NCBI GenBank assembly: GCA_023422635.1
Contig: JAFAGO010000029.1
Location: forward strand, 116,796 to 180,795
Direction of reading: 5' to 3'
Source: Bacteroidota bacterium
GTDB lineage: Bacteria > Bacteroidota > Bacteroidia > Flavobacteriales > Weeksellaceae
DNA length: 64,000 bases
Part shown: positions 31,931 to 41,364 of the stretch, one piece after another
Position numbering within the stretch: the first letter of the stretch is position 1
Layout: every line of letters begins with the position of its first letter
The notes under the pieces: generated by a model
What the model was told of the DNA's origin: nothing
Seen by the model: only the letters and a program-made list of their open reading frames with translations
Databases searched by the model: none
Position numbers and translations under genes: made by a program

Positions 31931-32812
31931 ATGGAAACATTAAATACGTCAATTTGTTTCGGAATTTTATATCCCGGCGATATGGGACAAGCGATTGCAA
32001 AAGAACTTTTGTTGCACAATTACAAGGTAATTACCGCAAGTGAAGGCAGATCGGAATCCACAAAAAAAAGAATTTCAGAAATAGGAATCACTGATGTAAA
32101 AGCGGTAAAAAATGTTGTAGAACAGGCAGATTACATTCTGAATTTAACCAATGCGGCAAGCAGTGTAGCAATTGCACAATTGGTGGCAAAAGAAATTGAA
32201 TTCACGAAAAGAAAGCCCATTTACGTGGATTTAAATTCAAACAATCCGAAAACAGCTTTGCAGATTAAAGCTTGTTTTGATGAAGTGGATTCTCATTTTA
32301 TCAATGCAGCAGTTTTAGGAATTCCGAACAACGTGAAAGAAACGGCGAAAATAATTGTTAGTGGAAAAAATACGGAAGCGCTCATTCATCATTTATCTGT
32401 TGCGCTACAAGTAAAAAATGTGGGAGAAGATATAGAATCGGCATCCGCTTTTAAATTGTTGTTTGCAATGGTGAACAAGGCAATTTGCGGACTTTTTTTC
32501 GAAACGATGCTTGCCGCTTCTCATTACGGATTTCTTGAAGAATTGAACGACGAATTGCAAGATTTTTTACCGGGAACCTATCAAGATTTAATTAAAACCT
32601 CAACGACTTATCCGAAACATATCAAACGTCGTATTCCTGAAATGACAGAATTGCAAGAAATGCTTGAAGGCGAAAATCTAGAAGCCAATTTTGCAAAATC
32701 CACCAAACGTATTTTAAAAATAGTAGATGAATCGGGAATAATGGAAGGAAAAAATCCAAAAACGGTTCGAGAAGTTTTTTCTTATTTCAATGAAATTAAA
32801 CCAAAAGAATAG
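31931..32812 (+). CDS. NAD(P)-binding 6PGDH-like oxidoreductase (DUF1932-type C-terminus)
   Basis: N-terminal Rossmann-like GILYPGDMG. Overall pattern resembles HIBADH/6PGDH-related proteins. Confidence 0.5.
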   Translation: METLNTSICFGILYPGDMGQAIAKELLLHNYKVITASEGRSESTKKRISEIGITDVKAVKNVVEQADYILNLTNAASSVAIAQLVAKEIEFTKRKPIYVDLNSNNPKTALQIKACFDEVDSHFINAAVLGIPNNVKETAKIIVSGKNTEALIHHLSVALQVKNVGEDIESASAFKLLFAMVNKAICGLFFETMLAASHYGFLEELNDELQDFLPGTYQDLIKTSTTYPKHIKRRIPEMTELQEMLEGENLEANFAKSTKRILKIVDESGIMEGKNPKTVREVFSYFNEIKPKE

Positions 32813-33038
32813 TTTTGAAAATCCTTTAAGAGCCTATTTAAATTTTATTGCTAATAATTTTTATAGGTATTTTGAGATGGATTATTTGCTTCATATTTGC
32901 AGATTTAGCGGGCTAAATCAAAAATGGAAAGTAAAAAATACGCTCAAAAGAGCATTAAAATTTAGCAAAGATGATTTCCTGAGGCCGTATAAAAAATTTC
33001 GATAAAATTTTAAACAGGTTCTAAATTCAAAAAAAATA

Positions 33039-33071
33039 AAATCGCTCAGAATTTTGCACTCTGAGCGATTT
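33039..33071. terminator. Bidirectional terminator
   Basis: Perfect 12-bp stem AAATCGCTCAGA/TCTGAGCGATTT with a 9-nt loop, between convergent genes. Confidence 0.75.
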
Positions 33072-33129
33072 CTATTAAACTATTATTGATTGACGATGCA
33101 ATAATGATTTTTTCATTTTTAAATTATGA

Positions 33130-34530
33130 TTAAAAAAGTCCGATTGCTTTCCACCAAAGTGAACCTACGGTTACCCAAATAAAGATGATGAGTAAACTCA
33201 TAAAGAAACCGATTTTCCACCAAGTTACAAGCGGAACGTAATTGGTTCCGTACAAAATTGGCGCTGGACCACTTGAATAATGGGTGATCGACATATTCAA
33301 ATTACTGAAGAATGCGAACAATAAAACGGTAGGAATTGCGGGCGCACCAGCGGCAATCGCAATTGTTACGAAAATCGTGTACATTGCACTGATATGTGCA
33401 ATCGCACTTGCCATCATATAATGGATGTAATAGTACACGAGCAGCAGTACAGCGAGCATTGGCAACCAAGCCATTCCTTGAACAGTTTCTGCCATAAAAT
33501 TTCCAAACCAAGGGATAAAACCTAATTTATTTAATTGTCCGGCAAGCGTCATCAAAATTGCAAACCAAACAATCGTGTGCCACGCTTCTTTTTCCGCAAT
33601 AACATCGTTCCACTCTAACGCTCTGGAAACCAACAAGAAACTCAAACCAATAAATGCAATTAAAGTAGCATCAATATTTAAAGTATTTCCAAGAACCCAG
33701 AAAATTACAAGGAACAAAAATACGGCAAGAACGATCCATTCATTTCTGGTCATTTTTCCCATTTCTTGCAATTTCACTTTTGCAAGTGCTTTCATTTCTG
33801 GCGTTTTTTTCAATTCTGGTGGATAAAAACGATACAAAACGTAAGGAATTACCACCAAAGAAATTAAACCAGGAACAATTGCTGCAAGCGCCCAATCCAT
33901 CCAAGTGATGGTGTAGCCCATTCCTTTTGCGAATTCGGTAATCATTGGATTTCCTGCCATTGATGTCATAAACATCGCACAAGTAATTGCATTACATTGA
34001 AAAATACATTGTACTAAGAAAGCACCAATTCTTTTTTCGGTTCCTTGTTCTGGAGTTGATTCATACGCTTCTGAAATAGATCGAAAAAGCGGTGTAATAA
34101 TTCCACCACAACGAGCAGATGTAGAAGGCATTGCAGGCGCGAAAAGCAAATCCGTCATCACCAATCCATAAGAAAGACCAAGTGTGCTATTCCCTAACTT
34201 GTTGATAAATAAATATCCGACTCTTCGCCCAAATCCTGTTTTAATAAATCCACGCGAGATAAAAAATGCACAAGCAATCATCCAAATTGTTGAATTTCCA
34301 AAACCTTTTAAGGCATCTTCTAAAGGAACAATTCCTAAAACAACAACGACGGTTAAACTGAAAATTGCCATCGCTCCCAATGGATAGGGAGATAAAATTA
34401 AGCCAATTACTGTGGCTACAAAAATTGCCATTAAGTGCCAAGCATTTGCACTTACTCCTTCCGGTGCTGGTATGAAATACAGTACGACTCCTATCAGAAT
34501 CACCAGCAAAAACTTTGTTAAACTATTCAT
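33130..34530 (-). CDS. DASS-family anion:sodium symporter (di/tricarboxylate or sulfate-type permease)
   Basis: 466 aa, polytopic. Its hairpin-loop regions (SNLNMSITHYSSGPAP) are typical of the SLC13/DASS family. Confidence 0.75.
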   Translation of the reverse strand: MNSLTKFLLVILIGVVLYFIPAPEGVSANAWHLMAIFVATVIGLILSPYPLGAMAIFSLTVVVVLGIVPLEDALKGFGNSTIWMIACAFFISRGFIKTGFGRRVGYLFINKLGNSTLGLSYGLVMTDLLFAPAMPSTSARCGGIITPLFRSISEAYESTPEQGTEKRIGAFLVQCIFQCNAITCAMFMTSMAGNPMITEFAKGMGYTITWMDWALAAIVPGLISLVVIPYVLYRFYPPELKKTPEMKALAKVKLQEMGKMTRNEWIVLAVFLFLVIFWVLGNTLNIDATLIAFIGLSFLLVSRALEWNDVIAEKEAWHTIVWFAILMTLAGQLNKLGFIPWFGNFMAETVQGMAWLPMLAVLLLVYYYIHYMMASAIAHISAMYTIFVTIAIAAGAPAIPTVLLFAFFSNLNMSITHYSSGPAPILYGTNYVPLVTWWKIGFFMSLLIIFIWVTVGSLWWKAIGLF

Positions 34531-34564
34531 ATCATTAATTTCTAATTTTCTAAATTAATCAAGT

Positions 34565-35713
34565 TTAAAACTTGAATTGGAACTGCGAAAACAGGTAATT
34601 AGTATTGTACATGGAAGTGTTTTCGTAGGTATTTTTATAACGATCGAATACAAAACCTACGCTTAACCTTGCGGCGTAATTATCTGCCAACAAAATAGAC
34701 ATCATTGGAGTGATGGTTTCGCGAGGATTATTCAATGTTTTTAATTTTTCAAAATATTCGTATCGGGCGGAAACTTCAATTCCGCGAATTCTTGGTTTGT
34801 TCAAATTGTAGGTTAATCTTGGCGTAAAATAAAAACCTGCCATTCGGAAATCATCCAACGATTTATTTTCGATTGTAGACGCATTAAATTGATTAAAGTT
34901 TGTTCCGTTTTTATATTCCGCATCCATTGCAAAGTTCCATTTATCCGTAATTGGACTAATAAATTCAGCATCGATTCCGTAGGCGTTTGCTTTTTGATTT
35001 TTATAATTGGTAAATCCACCATTTACTCCAATTTTCAGTTTTTTGAAAAACTTATAATCAATTCGCGCGGTGACATCTTTACTTTTATCGTTATCTCCGG
35101 TTTTGTTTTTGCCATTTCCGTTCACGGCAGAGATGTAATAATTAAGCGGAATTCCTTTTTTGGAAAGTGAACCTGTAAGCGCAACTCCTAATTGAAAGCT
35201 TTGCCAACCATTCTTCCCAAATTCATCGTAATTATTCGACCACACGTAGGATTTGTTGAATTCGTAAGGGTACAAATCTTCTAAACCGAAATACGGACGA
35301 AACTGCCCAACTTGTATATTAATGTAAGAATTGTATTCGTATCTAATAAAAGCGTTTTCTAAAACTCTGGTTTGTGGATCGTTTTTAAAATCAGCCAAAT
35401 TCACCAAAACCGTAGCGCTAATTTTGTCGTTAAGTTGGTATTTTCCTGAAACACGAACATAACGTAGAAAAGTTCCATCGTAAGAATCGACTCCTTCAGA
35501 ATTGTGTAGCCCATTCATATCCACATTATGTGTTAAAGACGATTTGTATTCCGCCACAAATAAAGCACCCATTTTAAATCCTTTTTTGTAGAACGAATAA
35601 TTTGATATGGTGTCTTTTTTCTCTTCTTTTTCTTCTTTATCTTGAGAATAATAAAAACTTGGCGTTGCCACCATAAATAAAATTAAAAACAACTGAAGAT
35701 AATTGGTATTCAT
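34565..35713 (-). CDS. OprO/OprP-like anion-selective porin
   Basis: Signal peptide, Porin_O_P-like VGQFRPYFGLEDL, C-terminal aromatic residue (...FQFKF). Confidence 0.7.
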   Translation of the reverse strand: MNTNYLQLFLILFMVATPSFYYSQDKEEKEEKKDTISNYSFYKKGFKMGALFVAEYKSSLTHNVDMNGLHNSEGVDSYDGTFLRYVRVSGKYQLNDKISATVLVNLADFKNDPQTRVLENAFIRYEYNSYINIQVGQFRPYFGLEDLYPYEFNKSYVWSNNYDEFGKNGWQSFQLGVALTGSLSKKGIPLNYYISAVNGNGKNKTGDNDKSKDVTARIDYKFFKKLKIGVNGGFTNYKNQKANAYGIDAEFISPITDKWNFAMDAEYKNGTNFNQFNASTIENKSLDDFRMAGFYFTPRLTYNLNKPRIRGIEVSARYEYFEKLKTLNNPRETITPMMSILLADNYAARLSVGFVFDRYKNTYENTSMYNTNYLFSQFQFKF

Positions 35714-36065
35714 GATAACTGGTATTCGTTAAACGTTCTATAAATATCTTTTAAAAAGGATCATAAATCGCTCAACAAATGTAGCAGTATCTCATAAGGA
35801 TATCATGATTTTGGAATTGATATTTCTCATCAGAAAATATGTGTTTTGTCATGATTTTTTAAATGATTTTTCTGTAAATGCGGTATTTCAAAATAAGAAG
35901 ATAAACAACGAAAGTAACAAGATTTTATCAAAACCCTACACAAACGAACTAAAAACGAAAACTTATATAAAATTTTAACTTATATTATACTTCTTTAAAC
36001 ATTGAAGTTTTATTGAGTAAAAATGGTAATTTATTACATAAAACTAAATTATATCGTTAAAAATA

Positions 36066-36098
36066 AAAACGGATTACCTATTGCAGACAATCCGTTTT
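36066..36098 (-). terminator. Terminator after the siderophore receptor
   Basis: AAAACGGATT/AATCCGTTTT stem with a 13-nt loop. A T-run follows on the minus strand. Confidence 0.65.
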
Positions 36099-36126
36099 GT
36101 ATGGTAAAAAATAATTCTTTACACTA

Positions 36127-38343
36127 TTAGAATTTGTAATTAAGTTGTACCGAGAAATTTCTCATAGGAATTTGATCGATGTATCCACCTCTGAAATAAG
36201 AGCTGTACCCAACCGCATCAAAAATATTATTGAAAAATACTCGAACTCCCAAACCGTTATTAAACGCATATCCAACTTGCGCGTCCACCGTAGTATATTC
36301 GTCCATTAGGAAAGGTTTTGTTCCTGGAGTTACACTGTTTACGTGACCAGAAATAATTGTTTTTTGAGTGTAATCATCAACAGGTCTTGTACCTACATAA
36401 TAAATACCTGCACCAACATCTAATCCACGCAACGCGCCATCTGCAAATTTATAATTCAACCAACCATTTGCGGTATTTTTTGGTGTGTTCATTGGTGACG
36501 AACCGTCGACATAAGCTGGACTATCGTGATATTGTGCATCTAAATACGCCCAACCCGTCATAATTTGTAAATTAGGAAGAATTCTTCCGATCAATTCAAC
36601 TTCAACCCCTTTTCTACGAAGTTCACCTGCTAGACCATATTCACCAGTAGCATTTCCTGCTTCGTTCAATACAGAATAAGAAAGATTATCGGTGTTAATA
36701 TCGAATAAAGTGATGTTAAATCTTAATTTTTCATCAAACCAGTCCGATTTAATCCCTGCCTCCCATTGTTTTGTGGTAGATGGGCCAACTGTTCCGCCAC
36801 CATATAGCGGATTATTTGCAGTTCTAAGAGAAGTGGTTGTAGTATAAGAACCAAACACATTCAGGTTTTCAATTGGGAAAATCATTAAACCGAAAGTTGG
36901 GTTCCATGCTTCATTTTCTTTACCTTCTGCAACACCATTTAATTTGCTATAACGAATTCCTAAATGTGCTTTTACGTATTTATTAACGGTAATTACATCT
37001 TGTGCCATTAAACCGAAAGTCGCAGCTTTTGAGTTTACGGCATCTCCTGCAACATACGTAACGTCATAAGGCAAAATATTATTAATATCCTGCAAAACAT
37101 TAATAACATCAATAGGATTTGCAGCATTAATTACAGTACCATCTGCTCTATTCGCAGTGTAGCTTGTAGTGGTAACATTGGATTCTTTCCAATCGAAACC
37201 TAATTGAAAGGTATGTTTTGCGGACCACGTATTGACCTCTTGACCAATGAAATCAAACTGGAACACTTTATTTAAATCTGCACGATCGCTTTTAGCAATA
37301 AATCTCTTTCTGAATTCATCTGGGCTACTGCTGTTTACTGGGGATAAAGAAGCACCAATATTCTCGAAATTATAATTGGAACTCATATATGCCGCTCTTA
37401 ATTTCAATTTGTTGGTAAGCTTTCTAACCGCAGTTGTTGAAAAATTAAAAGTTTCTGTTTTCGCATTATCGGTAGAAAAACCAAGGAATTTACCTTTTGG
37501 CATTTCGTAAAGCGCATTAATATCACCCGTAGCAAGATTTACAGTACCGCGATCTGGAGTGGTATTATTGTGCATATAATCCATTTCTACTACGATTTCT
37601 GTTTTATCGTCTGGACGAAATGCCACACTTGGATTCACGTAAATTCTTTCGGTAGAAACATAATCTCTAAAAGATTCACTGTTTTGGTAAGCGCCATTAA
37701 AACGTACAGCTACTTTACCTTTTGAATCTAAAACTCTTTGAAAATCTACTGTTGGACGGTAGAAATTCCAGCTTCCGTAACGGAATCCAACATTTGTTTC
37801 ATTATAAAATTTAGGAATTTTCGTTATCACATTAATTACACCACCAGCGGCACCTAAACCATCACCAATCCCTTGTGTAACTGCTGCAGAACCTTTAATC
37901 ACTTGGATACTCTCAATGCCTTGCATGTCGGTAAGCATTGCCGAAGTACGGAAATCTGAATCCATCATCACACCATTTTTTAATACAGGAACACCTCTGT
38001 ATCCGCGGATCGACATACTTTCGCGGGTACCACCATAGCTTCCAAACTGCGTAACACCTGGAATATTTTTCGCCACATCGGTTACGGTAAGTCCGCCCAA
38101 TTCTTCAATTACTTTGTAAGAAATTACCGAAATACTTTGAATTTGATCTCTTGTTTTCAAAGGTAATCTGGTAATTACTTCTAAACCTTCTGGCTGTTTG
38201 TTTTTTTCACCAAAAAGCTCCACTTCTTGAATTTGAGCTTCTTTTTTGATGGAATCTTTCGCCTGCTGACCTGCAGCAAAACTAAATCCTATCACCGCTA
38301 AAGCTGCAGCTATCGTTCTCTTCATAATTTTTTCTTTTTGCAA
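36127..38343 (-). CDS. TonB-dependent siderophore receptor
   Basis: Plug (IESIQVIKGSAAVTQG) plus a 22-strand-size barrel ending ...QLNYKF. An alternative start lies at 38325. Confidence 0.85.
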   Translation of the reverse strand: MQKEKIMKRTIAAALAVIGFSFAAGQQAKDSIKKEAQIQEVELFGEKNKQPEGLEVITRLPLKTRDQIQSISVISYKVIEELGGLTVTDVAKNIPGVTQFGSYGGTRESMSIRGYRGVPVLKNGVMMDSDFRTSAMLTDMQGIESIQVIKGSAAVTQGIGDGLGAAGGVINVITKIPKFYNETNVGFRYGSWNFYRPTVDFQRVLDSKGKVAVRFNGAYQNSESFRDYVSTERIYVNPSVAFRPDDKTEIVVEMDYMHNNTTPDRGTVNLATGDINALYEMPKGKFLGFSTDNAKTETFNFSTTAVRKLTNKLKLRAAYMSSNYNFENIGASLSPVNSSSPDEFRKRFIAKSDRADLNKVFQFDFIGQEVNTWSAKHTFQLGFDWKESNVTTTSYTANRADGTVINAANPIDVINVLQDINNILPYDVTYVAGDAVNSKAATFGLMAQDVITVNKYVKAHLGIRYSKLNGVAEGKENEAWNPTFGLMIFPIENLNVFGSYTTTTSLRTANNPLYGGGTVGPSTTKQWEAGIKSDWFDEKLRFNITLFDINTDNLSYSVLNEAGNATGEYGLAGELRRKGVEVELIGRILPNLQIMTGWAYLDAQYHDSPAYVDGSSPMNTPKNTANGWLNYKFADGALRGLDVGAGIYYVGTRPVDDYTQKTIISGHVNSVTPGTKPFLMDEYTTVDAQVGYAFNNGLGVRVFFNNIFDAVGYSSYFRGGYIDQIPMRNFSVQLNYKF

Positions 38344-38713
38344 AAATACTTATTTATAAGAATTCTAAATAAAAATAAAATTATGACAAATATCAGTTCT
38401 ACATCTAGCGTAGCTGCAAACGCCCTTTAATAAAGCATTTACAAAAAGTATAAAAAACAAAGCTGAAGCGTAAATGGGGTAAAATCTTAAATTTTTTAAG
38501 AAAATTTCATTTTTTTAATTGTTAAAAAACAAGAAAAGATTCTTGTATAGAACCAAAAAAATCTTGAAGAAAAGCAACATTATGAAGATGAAATCACGCT
38601 TTCTTAATAAAAGTTAAAAATTTGTTGCTCTACCATAAAGTTTCTATTTTCGAATGTTGAAATATGGCACCAGTAACCATACAGTACTAACTCGGAAAAC
38701 AGGACATGAAATT

Positions 38714-41176
38714 ATGAAGATTAAAATACTTCCGACCCCATTAAAATCTAAATTCTTTAGGATTTTTATCCCTTTATCAATTGCAATTTCTACAGGAAAT
38801 TTATATGCTCAAAATGCAGCGGAAAATGCGCTCAGCATTATGAACCAAAAAATTCCGCAGGAAAAAGTATACTTGCTTCTCAGTCAAGATCAATTTGCGG
38901 CTGGCGAAACGGCATATTTTAATGCATACGTTTATCAAGGTTACGAAAGTTCGGCGATCTCGACAACTCTTTTTGTAGAGCTTTTGGATCAGAATAAGAA
39001 ATCGGTTTCCAAAACATTAATTCCGCTTTACGATGGACAAGGATTTGGAAGTTTAACAATCCCAGAAAAGCTTCAAGAAGATGTATATTACATTCGTTCG
39101 TACACGACTTGGATGCTTAACTTCCCAGAAAAATTTCAGTTTCTTAAACCTGTTGAGGTATTCAATCCTTCGTCGGAAAAGAAATTAGTGAAAGATGAAA
39201 AAACAAAATGGACAGCAACGCTTCATCCTGAAAGTGGCGTTTTGCTTAATGGCGTAGAATCCAAAATTGCGGTTCGTTTGCATTCTGAAGGTACGCCGCC
39301 TAGCGAATGGTCCGGTTTTGTCACCTCAAATACCGATCCTTCCAAACCAATTGCCAACTTTAAAAATTTGGATGGAAATGTAGCTTTGTTTAACCTCATT
39401 CCAGAAACTGGAAAAACCTATTCGGTAACCGTAAAAGATAATCTTGGACAAGAATCGATCATTCCGCTTCAGCAAAGCAAAGATTCTGGCATCAATTTAA
39501 AGGTCGAAAACCTTCCAGAATCTATAAAATATACCATTCGATCAAAAAGTGAGTCGGACGAGGCGCAGAAATTTAAAATGATTGGAACCGTGAACAGCGT
39601 TTTGGTGTATAAAGCCAATATTACCAAAAGAAAAGGCGTTGATGCTTCTTCTGAAATTCCAATGAAGGATTTCCCAAATGGTGTTTTACAGCTTACGATT
39701 TTCGATCAAAGCGAAAATGTGGTTGCAAAACGTTTGGTGTTTATGAAGCCAAATCATATCGAAGTTCAAAAACCGAATATCACTGTAACCTCAAAAAACT
39801 TGGCGCCACGCGGTGAAAACGAGTTTGATGTTAATTATACCGAGGGCTTTTCCGATTACGCAATTGTGGTAAATCCAATTGATAAAGATGACAATCCTGA
39901 CCGCAATAACTTTATTAGCAATTTGTATTTAGCGGGTGATTTATCTTCTAAAATTTTCGATCCTTCACAATACTTTCAGAAAAATACCAATACCGCAGCT
40001 TTGGATGCGTTGCTGATTTCTGAAAATTGGGAACGCTTCGATTGGGAATCTTTGGTGAATGGAAAATTTCCAACATTAAAATATACGCCAGAAAATTATA
40101 TCTCGTACACGGGATTGGTAACCACCAACGGCAGACCTGCAGTGAACAAACTTGTGAGTTTAGTTTTTGATTCTCCCGATGCGGGAAATTCCGTAAGTCA
40201 ACAAGTTACAGATAGCAACGGAAAATTTGTGATCGATAACATGAATTTCACCGATAATACAAAAGTGAGCTATCTATTGGAAACGGGTAAGAACGATTAC
40301 ACCCAAGTATTTTTTCAACCGAATAATCAGTTTGTTGCCTATACCAGTTCTCTCCCCAAAATTGGCTATCATTTAGAAACCAGAAATAAAAACGAACCTG
40401 TTCCTACAAAAGTTTCGCAATATGTTGCATCGCGAGATTTAAATAAGAAAGTGAATGAGAAAGTATACAACATTGAAGAAGTAAAAATTAAAGGAAGATT
40501 GCAAGATAAAACCAAAAAACTGGATGAAGAATTGAGTTCTGGTTTGTTTAGAGGAAATTCCGATAAAATTTTCGATTTCGTAAATGAAGACCAAATTGTA
40601 GGAGGTTTCACCAATATCATCCAATGGTTACAAGGTAGAGTTGCTGGACTTCAAGTTAAATACGAATCCGATGGAACTGGATCCACCACATATGTGCCGT
40701 ATCTGCGTAATACAAAAGCGGATATTTATGTAGACGAAATGAAGATGGACGCTGGAATGTTGAATACCATTAACCCTTCCACCATTGCAATGGTAAAAGT
40801 AATCCGAAATTTTCTTGGTGGCGCAAACAGCAGTGGAACCGCAATTGCCGTCTACACGAAACGAGGCGATATGGGCAACAGTCAAGATAAAGAACCCAAT
40901 ATGAATCTGAATGCAGGGAATAATTTTTCTGTGTTGCGTGGATTTCAAGCTGAAACAGAGTTTAACAACTTGGATTATGCGAGTTCAAGCGCACAAAACA
41001 TCAATGGTGACTTTCGAAAATTGTTGTACTGGAATCCGATGTTTAGTGTTCCTTATGGTGATATGTCGAATTTCAGATTCTACAATAATGATGAGGCCAA
41101 AAAATACAGAATCACTATAATCTCCGTAAATAAGGATCTTGACGCTCCCTTATTTTACGAGGAAGTAATTCAGTAA
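38714..41176 (+). CDS. Secreted MG2-like / CarboxypepD_reg-like / TonB-plug-like multidomain protein lacking a barrel
   Basis: Signal peptide ...GNLYAQ. N-terminal MG2-like segment (YFNAYVYQG...YYIRSYTTWMLNF). C-terminal plug-like LQGRVAGLQV...INPSTIAMVKVIR...AIAVYTKRG, followed by only ~75 aa. Confidence 0.7.
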   Translation: MKIKILPTPLKSKFFRIFIPLSIAISTGNLYAQNAAENALSIMNQKIPQEKVYLLLSQDQFAAGETAYFNAYVYQGYESSAISTTLFVELLDQNKKSVSKTLIPLYDGQGFGSLTIPEKLQEDVYYIRSYTTWMLNFPEKFQFLKPVEVFNPSSEKKLVKDEKTKWTATLHPESGVLLNGVESKIAVRLHSEGTPPSEWSGFVTSNTDPSKPIANFKNLDGNVALFNLIPETGKTYSVTVKDNLGQESIIPLQQSKDSGINLKVENLPESIKYTIRSKSESDEAQKFKMIGTVNSVLVYKANITKRKGVDASSEIPMKDFPNGVLQLTIFDQSENVVAKRLVFMKPNHIEVQKPNITVTSKNLAPRGENEFDVNYTEGFSDYAIVVNPIDKDDNPDRNNFISNLYLAGDLSSKIFDPSQYFQKNTNTAALDALLISENWERFDWESLVNGKFPTLKYTPENYISYTGLVTTNGRPAVNKLVSLVFDSPDAGNSVSQQVTDSNGKFVIDNMNFTDNTKVSYLLETGKNDYTQVFFQPNNQFVAYTSSLPKIGYHLETRNKNEPVPTKVSQYVASRDLNKKVNEKVYNIEEVKIKGRLQDKTKKLDEELSSGLFRGNSDKIFDFVNEDQIVGGFTNIIQWLQGRVAGLQVKYESDGTGSTTYVPYLRNTKADIYVDEMKMDAGMLNTINPSTIAMVKVIRNFLGGANSSGTAIAVYTKRGDMGNSQDKEPNMNLNAGNNFSVLRGFQAETEFNNLDYASSSAQNINGDFRKLLYWNPMFSVPYGDMSNFRFYNNDEAKKYRITIISVNKDLDAPLFYEEVIQ

Positions 41177-41194
41177 ATCAATAAAATACAAAGC

Positions 41195-41223
41195 AAAAGC
41201 GGTTCATGATGAGCCGCTTTTTT
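41195..41223 (+). terminator. Rho-independent terminator
   Basis: AAAAGCGGTTCAT/ATGAGCCGCTTTT stem with one G-U pair, followed by a T-run. Confidence 0.7.
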
Positions 41224-41364
41224 CATTTCAGTTTCTTCAAATTCAAGTCAAAAAAAATGTTCACAATTTTTCTTTATTGGAATAAGTTGGGAATTCAAAT
41301 TCGAAAATTCCTCATTACATCAATCCAATTTCTCAAACGTGAAAACACATTTTCAAAAATATCT

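Noticed and set aside
32790-33005. 71-aa ORF after the oxidoreductase gene
   Set aside because: It overlaps the end of the preceding gene and has basic low-complexity content with no start context. The region is more likely a 3' UTR or spacer ending in the 33039-33071 terminator.
38351-38372. AT-rich palindrome around AGAATTCT upstream of the siderophore receptor as a Fur box
   Set aside because: Only 8 bp are truly palindromic in a very AT-rich context. I cannot distinguish this from chance without a Fur-box model for this clade.
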